Below are positions 14,354-27,018 of a stretch of DNA of 64,000 nucleotides, in pieces. The stretch lies in NCBI RefSeq assembly GCF_009914755.1, contig NC_060927.1; one strand, 5' to 3'. The first letter of the stretch is position 1. Every line of letters starts with the position of its first letter. Source of the DNA: the human T2T-CHM13v2.0 reference genome, Homo sapiens. The position numbers were made by a program, and so were the translations under genes. Under the pieces are notes generated by a model. It was not told the DNA's origin. It saw nothing but the letters and a program-made list of their open reading frames with translations, and did not search any database.

Positions 14354-15683
14354 TGTAAGAGTTACCGAAAGTGTCTGTGATGGTCCTGTAGGCTTCCAAG
14401 GTGATTGAGCAGCATCAGTCTTCAGGTGCTAAGCCAAGAAGATCTGGGAAGGAGTCAGTCAGAGAGCCTTGGGCCAGAGTTCCAGGGGCTCTGGAAGTGG
14501 CTGCCGGGAGAGTTGGATGGTCCAGTTTCCAGTGGGGTCCTACACAGATGGGACATGGCTTAGGAGGAATCCCAGGACGTGGGCATTCCTTGGCCTGGTG
14601 GCCAGATTTCTGGCACTTGTAGCAAGCTCCTGGGGGAGGCAGGCCTGGAGGAATGCCTGGCCGTGGGGTTTAGGCATTTGGAAGTTCCTGTGTGCTGGAG
14701 ATGTGTATGGGGTTTCTCTCACAGTGGAGGCAAGGAATTGCAACTCAGAAATATGTTGCTACTTGGCTGCCTGTACTCTATTATTGTACACCTTGAAGGT
14801 GAGGTTAACTAAGTCCTGTTGTGGGGTTTGAGGGCTGGAATTTAATTTTTGGAGCTTTATTTAATGTCGGGAGCAGATTGGGTAATAAAATAAAATGCAT
14901 ATTGAGAATGAGATGGCCTTCTGACCTTTCAAGATCTAGGGCTGTAAAGTGTCTTAGGGTTGCTGCTAAACGGGCCATGAACTGAGCTGAGTTTTTCATA
15001 TTTGATGAAAAAGAGCCTAAACACTAACTGATTTGGGAGAGGTCAGAGAAAGAAAAAGGAGCATTAACATTGACTATGCCTTTAGCTCCAGCCACCTTTT
15101 TAAGAGGAAATTGCTGGGCAGGTGGTGGAATGAAACTGTAAGCCGGACTGGGTGTGAGGAGGGGAGGTGATAAAAGGATTATAGGGTGTAGGAGCAGAGG
15201 CTGAGGAAGAATTAGGACCTAGCTCAGCCTGGTGAGGAGGGGAGAGGTCAGATGGGTCTGTAGAAAAGGAAGATTAGAAAGACTCAGCGATGCTTGGGGT
15301 TGGGACGGAGGGGACAGGTGGGAGGGAAAGAAGGAAGATTTGGGGCGAGTTGCATTGGGAACAGAGACTAGGGAGGGACCGATGTGTAAAAGAATGCCTG
15401 GATGTCAGGCACCTCAGACCATTTGCCTATTTTACAACAAGAATTATTCAGATCTTGTAGGATGGAAAAATCAAAAGCACCGTTTTCCGGCTATTTGGAA
15501 CCACTGTCAAGTTTGTATTGAGGTCAAGCAGCATTGCAGAAGAAAATAAGGTATTTAGGTTTTAGGTCATGTGTGAGTTAAAGATGTTTTAGACTTTTAA
15601 GAACACAGGCTAAGGGAGAAGAAGGGGAAATGGAGGGCGGAAGCTTGCCCATAGTGAAGGAGGCAAGCCCAGAGAAAAGAGAG

Positions 15684-15915
15684 AGTAGAGACATGGAGAG
15701 AAGGGGTGGGGGTGCTTGTCCCCCAGGAAAGTGGAGAAGGGATAGAGACACGGAGAGAAGGGGTCAGGGGGTTCTTGCCCTCTAGAAAAGTGGAGAAGGG
15801 GTAGAGACATGGAAAGAAGGCGTCGGGGGGTTCTTGCCCTCCAAGAAAAGCGGAGAAGGGGTAGAGACATGGAGAGAAGGGGTTGGGGGGGGTTCTTGCC
15901 CCCCAGAAAAGTGGT
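15684..15915. repeat. About four tandem copies of a 56-60 bp unit in the HERV-H 5' leader
   Basis: Repeated gtagagacatggagagaagggg...ttcttgcccc..agaaaagtggagaagg. Confidence 0.85.
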
Positions 15916-16352
15916 ACTTGCCACTAAGGATGAAGGACCAAGGCAGGCATTCCCAAGTGGTCAGACACCTCTGAAATGTGGGTGAATAATCAGGTAGGCG
16001 TCCCCGCAATGATTAAATACCAAGGGAAGACTGTCTTCCCAAGTCCGTGACCAGCACCGGAGTTTTGGGTCCACGGATAAAACTCATATCTTGTCTCTAC
16101 AAGAAAAGGAAAGGAACTGAAATTAAGAGAAGGGAGAAATTGAAGTTTGGTGCCAAGATTGAAAGGACAAAGAGGTTGAGGGATAGTGAGAGAGGTTGGA
16201 GAAGAGAGTAAAAAGAGGCCGCTTACCTTATTTAAAATTGGTGTGATGTTCCTTGGGCTGGTCAGTCTGAGGACCTGAGGTCGTAGGTGGATCTTTCTCA
16301 TGGAGCAAAGAGCAGAAGGACAGGGGATTGATCTCCCAAGGGAGGTCCCCTG

Positions 16353-16370
16353 ATCTGAGTCACAGCACCA
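16353..16370 (-). promoter_or_regulatory. Primer-binding site complementary to tRNA-His
   Basis: Minus strand TGGTGCTGTGACTCAGAT directly after the 5' LTR, versus the canonical TGGTGCCGTGACTCGGAT (two CpG-type transitions). Confidence 0.9.
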
Positions 16371-17961
16371 AATTTCACACTCATCTATGTGAGGAGACCA
16401 CCAAACAGGCTTTGTGTGAGCAACAAGGCTGTTTATTTCACCTGGGTGCAGGCGGGCTGAGTCCGAAAAGAAAGTCAGCGAAGGGAGATGGGTTGGGGCC
16501 GTTTTATAAGATTTGGGTAGGTAAAGGAAAATTACAGTCAAAGGGGGGTTGTTCTCTGGCGGGCAGGAGTGGGGGGTGGGTCACAAGGTGCTCAGCAGGC
16601 GAGCTTTTGAGCCAGGATGAGCCAGGAGAAGGAATTTCACATGGTAATGTCATCAGTTAAGGCAGGAACAGGCCATTTTCACTTCTTTTGTCATTCTTCA
16701 GTTACTTCAGGCCATCTGGATGTACACATGCAGGTCACAGGGGATATGATGGCTTAGCTTGGGCTCAGAGGTCTGACAAATAACAAGCAGTGAGATTGAA
16801 ATGGTAATTTTAAAATTGCCAACAAAAAAAGTCCAGGATCAGATGGATTCACAGCTGAATTCTGTCAGATATTCAAAGAAGAATTAGTACCAATCCTTTT
16901 CGATAGAGAAAAAGGGAATCTGCCCTAAATCATTCTATGAAGCCAGTATCACCCTGATACCAAGACCACAAAAGGACATAACAACAACAACAACAACAAC
17001 AAAAACTACAGATCAATATCCTTGATGAACATAGATGCTAAAATTCTCAACAAAATACTAGCGGACTGAATCTAACAGCATAGCAAAAAGATAATCCACT
17101 GTAATCTATTTGGTTTTATCCCAGGGATGCAGGGATGGTTCAACATATATAAGTCAATAAATATGAATCACCACAGAAACAGAATTTTTTTAATCACATA
17201 ATCATCTCAATAGATGCAGAAAAAGCATTTGACAAAATCTAGCATCCTTTATGATTAAAACCCTCAGCAAAATTGGCATAGAAGGGACATACTTCTATTG
17301 GCATAGAAGGGACATACATACAAAATTGGCATAGAAGGGCTTAAGGTAATAAAAGCCATCTATGACAAACCACAGCCAACATTATACCGAATGGGGCAAA
17401 GTCGAAAGCATTTCCCCTGAGAACTGGAACAAGACAAGGATGCCCACTTTCATCACTTCTATTCAACATAGTACTGGAAGTCCTGGCTAGAGCAATCAGA
17501 CAAGAGAAAGAAATAAAGGGCATCCAAATCAATAAAGATGAAGTCAAACTGTCACTGTTTGCTGATGATATAATTGTATATCTAGAAAACCATAAAGACT
17601 CATCCAAAAAGCTCCTAGAACTGGTAAGTAAATTCAGCGAAGTTTCAGGATACAAAATTAATGTGCACAAGTCAGTAGTTCTGCTATACACCAACAGTGA
17701 TCAAACTGAGAATCAAATCAAGAACTCAACCCCTTTCACAAAAGCTGCAAAAACAATAAAATACGTAGGAATATATCTAACCAAGGAGGTGAAAGACCTC
17801 TACAAGGAAAACTACAAAACACTGCTGAAAGAAATCATGGATGACACAAAACAAATGGAAACGCATCCCATACTCATAGATGGGTAGAATCAATATTGTG
17901 TAAATGACCATATTGCCAAAAGCAACCTACAAATTCAATGCAATTCCCATCAAAATACCAC

Positions 17962-18467
17962 TGAGGCTGGAGAATAGTGCCTGGAGGCAGGGAACATAAG
18001 GCCGATCCAGGCTGACTTCCTAGAATTAAATCAAATGGAAGCACTTCAGCAATGACAGGAATGTGAATGGTTTTGTAACTTCACTCCATCCTCTCCACTT
18101 ACACCATTTACACTTTGTAACTTCACATTCATCGTCTCCATTTACATAGATCATACACACCAAGTAACATCCTCTCCATTTACATAGGGTGCATTCTGAG
18201 TAAATGACTTTGTAACTTCACTTCATTCTCTTCATTTACACAGAGCATGCACAAAGTAACCAGTGGGAAAACTCTAGAGAGTATTGAAACCCCAGAAAAT
18301 TCTGTAACCAGGTCTCTTGAGCCCCTCTGCTTAGGCCCACTCCCACCCTGTGGAATGTACTTTCATTTTCAATAAATCTCTGCTTTTGCTTTCCTTGCTT
18401 TGTTTTTGCATTTTGTCCAATTCTTTGTTCAAGACGCCAAGAATCTGGACACCCTCCATGAGTAATA
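17962..18467 (+). mobile_element. ERV1 solo LTR (MER51-like) nested in L1 ORF2
   Basis: Begins TGAGGCTGGAGAATAG...GGAGGCAGGGAAC, contains AATAAA, ends ...ctggacaccctccatgagtaata. Imperfect 4-bp TSD ccac/ccat; L1 resumes after it. Confidence 0.8.
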
Positions 18468-18756
18468 CCATCATCATTCTTCACAGAGGTAGAAAAAAGA
18501 TCCTAAAATTCATATGGAACCAAAAAAGAGGCCACAGAGTCTTGCTTTTTGCAAGACTAAGCAAAAAGAAAAAAATGTGGAGGCATCACATTACATGACT
18601 TCAAGCTAAACTATAAGGCCATAGTCACCAAAACAGCATGGGACTGGTATAAAAATAGACACATAGACCAATGGAACAGAATAAAGAACTCAGAAAGAAA
18701 GCCAAATACTTAGAGCCAACTGATCTTCAACAAAGCAAACAAAAACATAAGGTGAG

Positions 18757-21218
<2,462 letters not shown>

Positions 21219-21502
21219 TCAGAGGAAGTTGTGCACATATTTGAGCAAGAAATGAGCTAGTCTATAGCTTCAGTGAGCTAAAGAAAAGGACCAGTGCATG
21301 TGGAGAAAAATACTCCAGACTAAAGAAAGGAAAGTTACTCTGACAAACATAGGACATAGATTGCCACGATATTTTGTCTTCTAACCCTGTCTGTTTAAAA
21401 ACCAAAGAAATCAAAAAAGCTGACTGGTAATGCCAAGTTGTGTCAGTAGAAAGAAGTAATAGAAACACCCAGTCTTCCGTTAGAGAAAACGTTTCCATTA
21501 AA

Positions 21503-22385
21503 ATCAGAACTGTAATATGATCTAACAATCCCACTACTTGATATATATCCAGAGGAAATAAAAGCAGTATGTCAAAAAGACATCTATACTCCCATGTTTA
21601 TTGCAGCATTATTCACAATAGCCATGATATAAAATCACCCAAAGTGTCTGTCAGCAGGTGAATGGATAAAGAAAATGTGGTATATATACACAATGGTATG
21701 TTATTCAGCCTTGAAGAAAATTTTGTAATTTTTGACAACATGGATGAACCTAGAAGACATTACGCTAAGTGAAATAAACCAGGTGCAGAAAGATAAATAC
21801 CAAATTATCTCACTTATATGGGGATTTTAAATGAAAATTGAACTCATAGAAGCAGAGAATAAAACGGTGGTTGCCAGGGTCTGAGGGAGGAGTGGGTGGG
21901 GATTGAAGATGTTGGTCAAAGGATACAAAATTTTAGTTAGACGGGAGAAATAAGTTCAGAAGATCTATTGCACAATGCAGTGATTATAATTAATAACAAT
22001 GTATCATATACTTAAAAATTTCTAAGAGAGTAGTTTTTGTTGTTGTTGTTGTTGTTTTAGAGATGGGGTCTTGCTATGTTGCCCAGGCCGCAGTGCAGTG
22101 GCTATTCACAGGCATGAACATAATGCATTGAAGGCTTAAATTCCTGGCCTCAAGTGGTCTTCTCGCCTCAGCCTCCTAAGTAGCTACGACCTATGGGCAT
22201 GTGCCATTGACTGGGGCAAGAGAGTAGACTTTGATGTTCTCACCACAAAGGGATGATAAGTATGCAAGGTAACATATATGTTAATTAATTTGATTTAGTC
22301 ATTCCATAATTTATACATATATTGAAATATGTACACCCTAAATATATACATTTTTTGTCCATTAAAATAAATGAATAAATAACAA
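21503..22385 (+). mobile_element. Older L1MA-type 3' end
   Basis: ORF2 terminus and 3' UTR with the L1MA-type segment ggtcaaaggatacaaaattttagttag...gatctattgcac and an A-rich tail. Confidence 0.85.
22034..22217 (-). mobile_element. Fossil Alu monomer (FAM-like)
   Basis: Monomer containing the 7SL-like gtggctattcacagg segment. Perfect 10-bp TSD AAGAGAGTAG (22024-22033 and 22218-22227). Confidence 0.85.
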
Positions 22386-22793
22386 TTTTTTTTAAAAGGG
22401 TAAAAAGAAAAACTGGTCTTTATCTAGAAAGAAAGCTTAAACATGAGGACATGTCTTTAACTCCAGGTAAAACTGGAGCCAAGTTGTGAAGAAGCCTAAA
22501 GGCTTCAGAAAGTAGGAAACACTTAAGGAGTTACTTAACCCAAGGTGTCTTTTCTATAGATATCAAGAGGTCCATAAACACCTTGAAATAGTATCTGCAA
22601 TGTTTTTTGAATGTTTGGTTTCTGGGAGAGTTTATAGCTTTCACAGATTTCTCATTAAAGTCTATAGCACAAAAAGAGCTCAAGTAAATGAAGAGATCAT
22701 CTTTCTAATTATCTCAAGAAGATTTTTTTTCAAAAGTGGCTGGTCTTGAATCCCTGACAAACCTGTATAAGCATCAGACAAAAGGATTCAAGG

Positions 22794-22997
22794 CAGTGGT
22801 GTGCTGGTAAATGTTTAGGAGCTGGCGATTTAGCAAAACAAATCCTAATATATAGCATTTGTTGATTTTTGTGGTGTACATACTCCACCATGGCCAGTTT
22901 CAAGCTACAGATGAGACACTGACTAATACAAAATTCCTGAAGATATTAACAATCAGCTTCGAGAAGCCTGTAGGAGTCAACTGCAGCAAGACCTCTG
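22794..22997. mobile_element. Non-autonomous hAT DNA transposon (Arthur1/Tip100-like)
   Basis: Termini CAGTGGTGTGCTGG ... cagcaagacctCTG with an 8-bp TSD ATTCAAGG/ATTGAAGG. Confidence 0.7.
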
Positions 22998-23293
22998 ATT
23001 GAAGGTGAGTTAGTTTTTGTCAGGTCTGGAGAAAACTTAAATTAGGGCAAGTCATTAATGAAATGAGTTGAGCCTGATTTTGTGTACATTTTCTGCTTAA
23101 ATTTTGTAAATATTTCTCTAAATATATTTAAGAAGCATTTTTGAAGTGTTTAGCCAAGTTTAAAAGATCAGAATCAATGAATAGAGCAAAAGCTTTTTCT
23201 AATTTTTTCATAAAAGGATTAATTTATGTAGAGAAATTAATCAAATGGAAGATAGCGTGAAAGTTATGAGGAATAAATCAACTCCCTTCTAAA

Positions 23294-23605
23294 CAGCAGT
23301 TCTCAAAATACAGATCCCAAGGCAGCAGCAGCAGCGTCACCTGAAAACTTGTTAGAAATTAAATTCGCAGGCTCCCACCCCAGATCTGAATCAGAAACTC
23401 TGAGAATGATGTCCAGCTATCTGTGCTTTAACAAGTTCTCCAGAGGATACTGATGTGCACTAAAGTCTGAGCACCACTTCTCTAAAACAATGGTTCTTAA
23501 ATTTTAGTGTGCCCAAGGATCCCTGGAGGAATTTGTTAAAATGCAGATTTCTGGACCCAGTGCACACCTGCTGAATCAGACTCTCCCAGGGTGAGGTTCA
23601 GGAAC
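23294..23605. mobile_element. Two adjacent MER5-family (hAT-Charlie) elements
   Basis: cagcagttctcaaa...ctgaatcagaaactctg...gagcaccact (23294-23479), followed by caatggttcttaaa...gttaaaatgcagatt...ctgaatcagactctc (23488-~23605). Confidence 0.75.
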
Positions 23606-24005
23606 AGCACTGTGTTTTATTTTGTGTAATTTTGCTCACTTGTATTAATTACACTTTGCAACACAGAGTCACCGGGAGGAAAAAGGAAACTTCTTATAAA
23701 AATGTTTAAATATTCACAAAAGTAGAATAAAGAGTATAATAAATCCTTATGAGATCACCATTCATCTTAAGCAAATGTCAACATTTTGCCTGTCTTATTT
23801 AATGTTCCCCACTTCATTTTTTAGCTTTTTTTAAAGTTTTTATATAGTTTCAGTTTTATAATTTAGTTTTATAGTTTTAGTTTTTCTATAGGAATATTTT
23901 AAGATAATATTTTAAGGTAAAGGTATCCTAATATCTAACCAGCAATTATTTCAGTATTGTCTCTAACAGGTAAGAGTCTTTTCTATTGCCAAGTCATTAT
24001 TATAG

Positions 24006-24439
24006 TGTCTTAGTCCATTTTGTGTTGCTAAAAGAAATACCTGAGGCTGGGTGATCTATAAAGAAAAGAGGTTTAATAAGCTCATTCCACAGGCTGTATA
24101 AGAAGCATGGTGTTGACATCTTGCTCAGCTTATGGTGAGGCTTTTGTGCTGAGTCAAAACATGGCAGAGGTCAACAGGTAAGCGGCCAAGTGTGAAGAGG
24201 GGCCAAGCCCAAGGGGCATTCTCGCTTCATAACAACCCACTTTCTAAGGAGCCATCCTAGTCTCTAGGGAGTGAGAACTCTCTCATTACCAAGAGAAAGG
24301 CACCAAGCCTTTAGGAGGGATCCATTCCTGTGACCCAAACATCTGCCACTAGGCCCCGCCTCCCAAAATTGCCACTCTGGGAATTAAATTTCAATATGAG
24401 ATTTGGTGGAGAAAAACAAACCATATTCAAATCCTAACA
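24006..24439 (-). mobile_element. MaLR solo LTR (MSTB/MSTC-like)
   Basis: tgtcttagtccattttgtgttgct...acctgaggctgggt...aagaaaagaggttta...attcaaatcctaaca. Confidence 0.85.
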
Positions 24440-24568
24440 TGTAATGTTTAGAATAAATAACAATTCCTTAATATCTTTATCACAGACATGCAAAAATGTG
24501 TCTTTTGTAGTTGATTCATATATTGCATTTGTTGGCTATCCTTTTAAGTCTCTTTTATTCTGTAATAG

Positions 24569-24885
<317 letters not shown>

Positions 24886-25619
24886 CCCACCTCACTTCTT
24901 AATGTTAGCTATTTGTTGGAAAAACCAGATCATGTATCCTTTATAATTTTCCACACTTTGGACTTGGCAGAATATATCCTCATGATTTTCTTTAAAGTAG
25001 CCTTGTAGATTGATCCAGAAACTTGTTCTGCTTCAGGTTCACTTGTTTTGGCAAGAATACTTCATAGGTGGTACTCTGTACTTTCTACCATATCCTATCA
25101 GGAGAAACACAATGTTGAGTTGCAATAGTTTTGGTGATGTTAAATTGATCAGTGGGTGCAGGTATAATCAGACTAATCCATTCAGTATGAAATTGCAAAT
25201 TACACTGTACATTTTCTGTCCCAGACTAGGGCAGGGATCCCTGCCTCCTTTGAGTGGAGACTGGACTTACAGACTGGACTCCTTCCTCCCAGGCTTTTCC
25301 AGTGGACAGAGTTTGAATAGACTTTTTGTTTTAGAAGAAAAAGAATTAGTTTATACTGATATTTGCAATTCAGATTTAATATCACCAATTATTTACTTGA
25401 ATTTATGCTGATGATATGAATTCAAACCAACCATATCAATATTACCATGAACAAAAAGACTACTGAATGTGGTTAAGATTTTTATCCCATAAGAGGTGTA
25501 CAGTCAAATATGCTGTTATAAAGATGTATGAAATATGTCTTTTCTCTGTGTGGTTATGCCACAACTTGATATACTCTCATATTTGCTTTAGTTTGTTTTC
25601 AATTTTGAGAAATTATTTT

Positions 25620-26700
25620 TTTCTTTTTAACTTATAAAATAGTTATATGATTCCAAAAATAAGAACTATAAAACAAGGCATATTCAGAGATATCTAGCCT
25701 CCATTTGTTTCTCCTCAGTTTCAATATTCTAATTTCAACAAATACATGTACACATTGGTATAGCCCCTTCTTCTCTCATATAAAAGGTAGCATACATTGT
25801 CCTATACCTGGCTTCTTCACTTAACACTTTTGTCCTGGAGATCTCTTCATATCAGTATCTAAAAGTCCTTTTCATTCCTTTTTACAACTGCGTAAGTACT
25901 ACATTATGTAGACATACCACAGTTTATTCAGTTAATCCCCTATTAATAGATATTTGGCTTATTTCCAGGTTTTTGCTAAACAAATTATGCCAGAATAAAT
26001 AGCCTTGTATATGAGCCATTTTGTATTTTTGCTCATGTACCTGTGGAAATTGCCATATTCCTAGAAGAGGGATAGCTAAGTCAAAAATTAAATATATATG
26101 TAATTTTGATAGATATGTACTGCCAAACATCCCGCAAAATGTACCATTTTGAATTCCCAAAGACAATGTATGAGAATGCCTAATTGCACACAGTCTTACC
26201 AACTCATATGTTGTCAAACATCTTTATTTTTTTCCCATCTGATAAGTGAGCAACAATTCCTCAGTGTAGTTTTAATTACATTTCTCTTTTTGTGAACAAG
26301 AGATTAAGTAAGTGTACTTTTACATTATATGTTCTCTGAATTGTCTGTTTTTATCTCTAGCCCATTTTCTTTCTTTTTTTTTTTTTTTTTTTTTTTTTTT
26401 GTAGAGATGGGGTCTCTCTCTGTCGCCTAGGAAGGTCTCCAATTTCTGGGCTCAAAGGATCCTCACAAAGTGCTGGGATTACAGGCATGAGCCACCTTGC
26501 ACAGCCTCAGCCCACTTTCTCTATAGTTTTTTCCAGAGGGAAGGGGGGATAATTTTTTGTAATGTGATTAAATTTATCAAACTTTTTTTAATGACATGCA
26601 TTTTTCATCACAGCTAAACATTTTTCTCACTCAGAATATAGAGAAATTCACTCATAATTTCTTATTGTCCTGAAGAAATTCTTATGCATACCAAAGTGCC
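25620..26700 (-). mobile_element. Ancient L1M fragment with an embedded FLAM-like Alu monomer (26371-26505)
   Basis: Degenerate L1 ORF2/3' UTR text (the ORF track gives IFDLAIPLLGI). The monomer has polyT and an approximate TSD agccca(t/c)tttct. Confidence 0.7.
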
Positions 26701-26826
26701 AGTTTATGATCCAAGTTTGTAAAGTGATGTCAAACATTGCATTGTTTAACATGAGACATTTAATAATCAGTCATGTTCATAGTTTTCTTAATTCTTCTAA
26801 ATGATGTCAATCTGATATCTTCTTGC
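26205..26826 (-). other. STRIT1: STRIT1 putative terminal non-coding exon 3 (3' UTR); 3' end uncertain
   Basis: A 93-nt intron (26919-26827) has branch-like TACTAAT and acceptor gttttgtctttCAG|GCAAG. Candidate minus-strand polyA signals are ATTAAA (26764-26759) and AATAAA (26228-26223). Confidence 0.65.
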
Positions 26827-26923
26827 CTGAAAGACAAAACATTCCATTAGTAAAATAGAAAAGATTGTTTCTGGAGTAATTTAGACTATAAATAAACATT
26901 CAATTATTAAAACCCTTACCTTT

Positions 26924-27018
26924 CTAAGAGAAGACAACATAAATCATTATGATGCAGCCCACAATCCAGCCAATCAGGAGAAGAATAGGAACCAGAAGGT
27001 GTGAAAATGTAGACCCCG
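26924..27018 (-). CDS. STRIT1: DWORF/STRIT1 coding exon 2 ([31 protein letters not shown]), single transmembrane helix of a SERCA-activating micropeptide
   Basis: Acceptor tttattttaaAG|CG GGG TCT ACA TTT ... TTC TCT TAG. 13+95 = 108 nt = 35 aa plus stop. The exon ends at 26920 with donor AAAG|GTAAGG. The C-terminus is hydrophobic and the peptide matches DWORF. Confidence 0.95.

Larger units (their letters stand above)
10415..16778 (-). mobile_element. HERV-H provirus with two LTR7-family LTRs; defective gag-pro-pol and largely deleted env
   Basis: LTRs at 16373-16778 (5') and 10415-10821 (3'), both starting TGTCAG(G/A)CCTCTGAGCCCAAGC on the minus strand. 5-bp TSD AATAA (10410-10414 and 16779-16783). 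The L1 sequence is continuous across the insertion. Confidence 0.97.
6566..18756 (+). mobile_element. 5'-intact but decayed L1 (L1PB lineage): 5' UTR, ORF1 (ATG about 7631), ORF2 (about 8718 onward). Interrupted by nested elements; 3' end missing.
   Basis: 5' UTR starts with YY1-like AAGATGGC (6570-6577). ORF1 coiled-coil fragment at 7748-8068. Endonuclease motifs ([17 protein letters not shown]) and RT-region sequence at 16784-17960 (including tttgctgatgat = FADD). Many stops and frameshifts. Confidence 0.93.

Noticed and set aside
21503-22385. This L1 3' end as the continuation of the L1 starting at 6566
   Set aside because: Its 3' UTR is of an older L1MA type, and it is separated by non-L1 sequence after the deletion junction.
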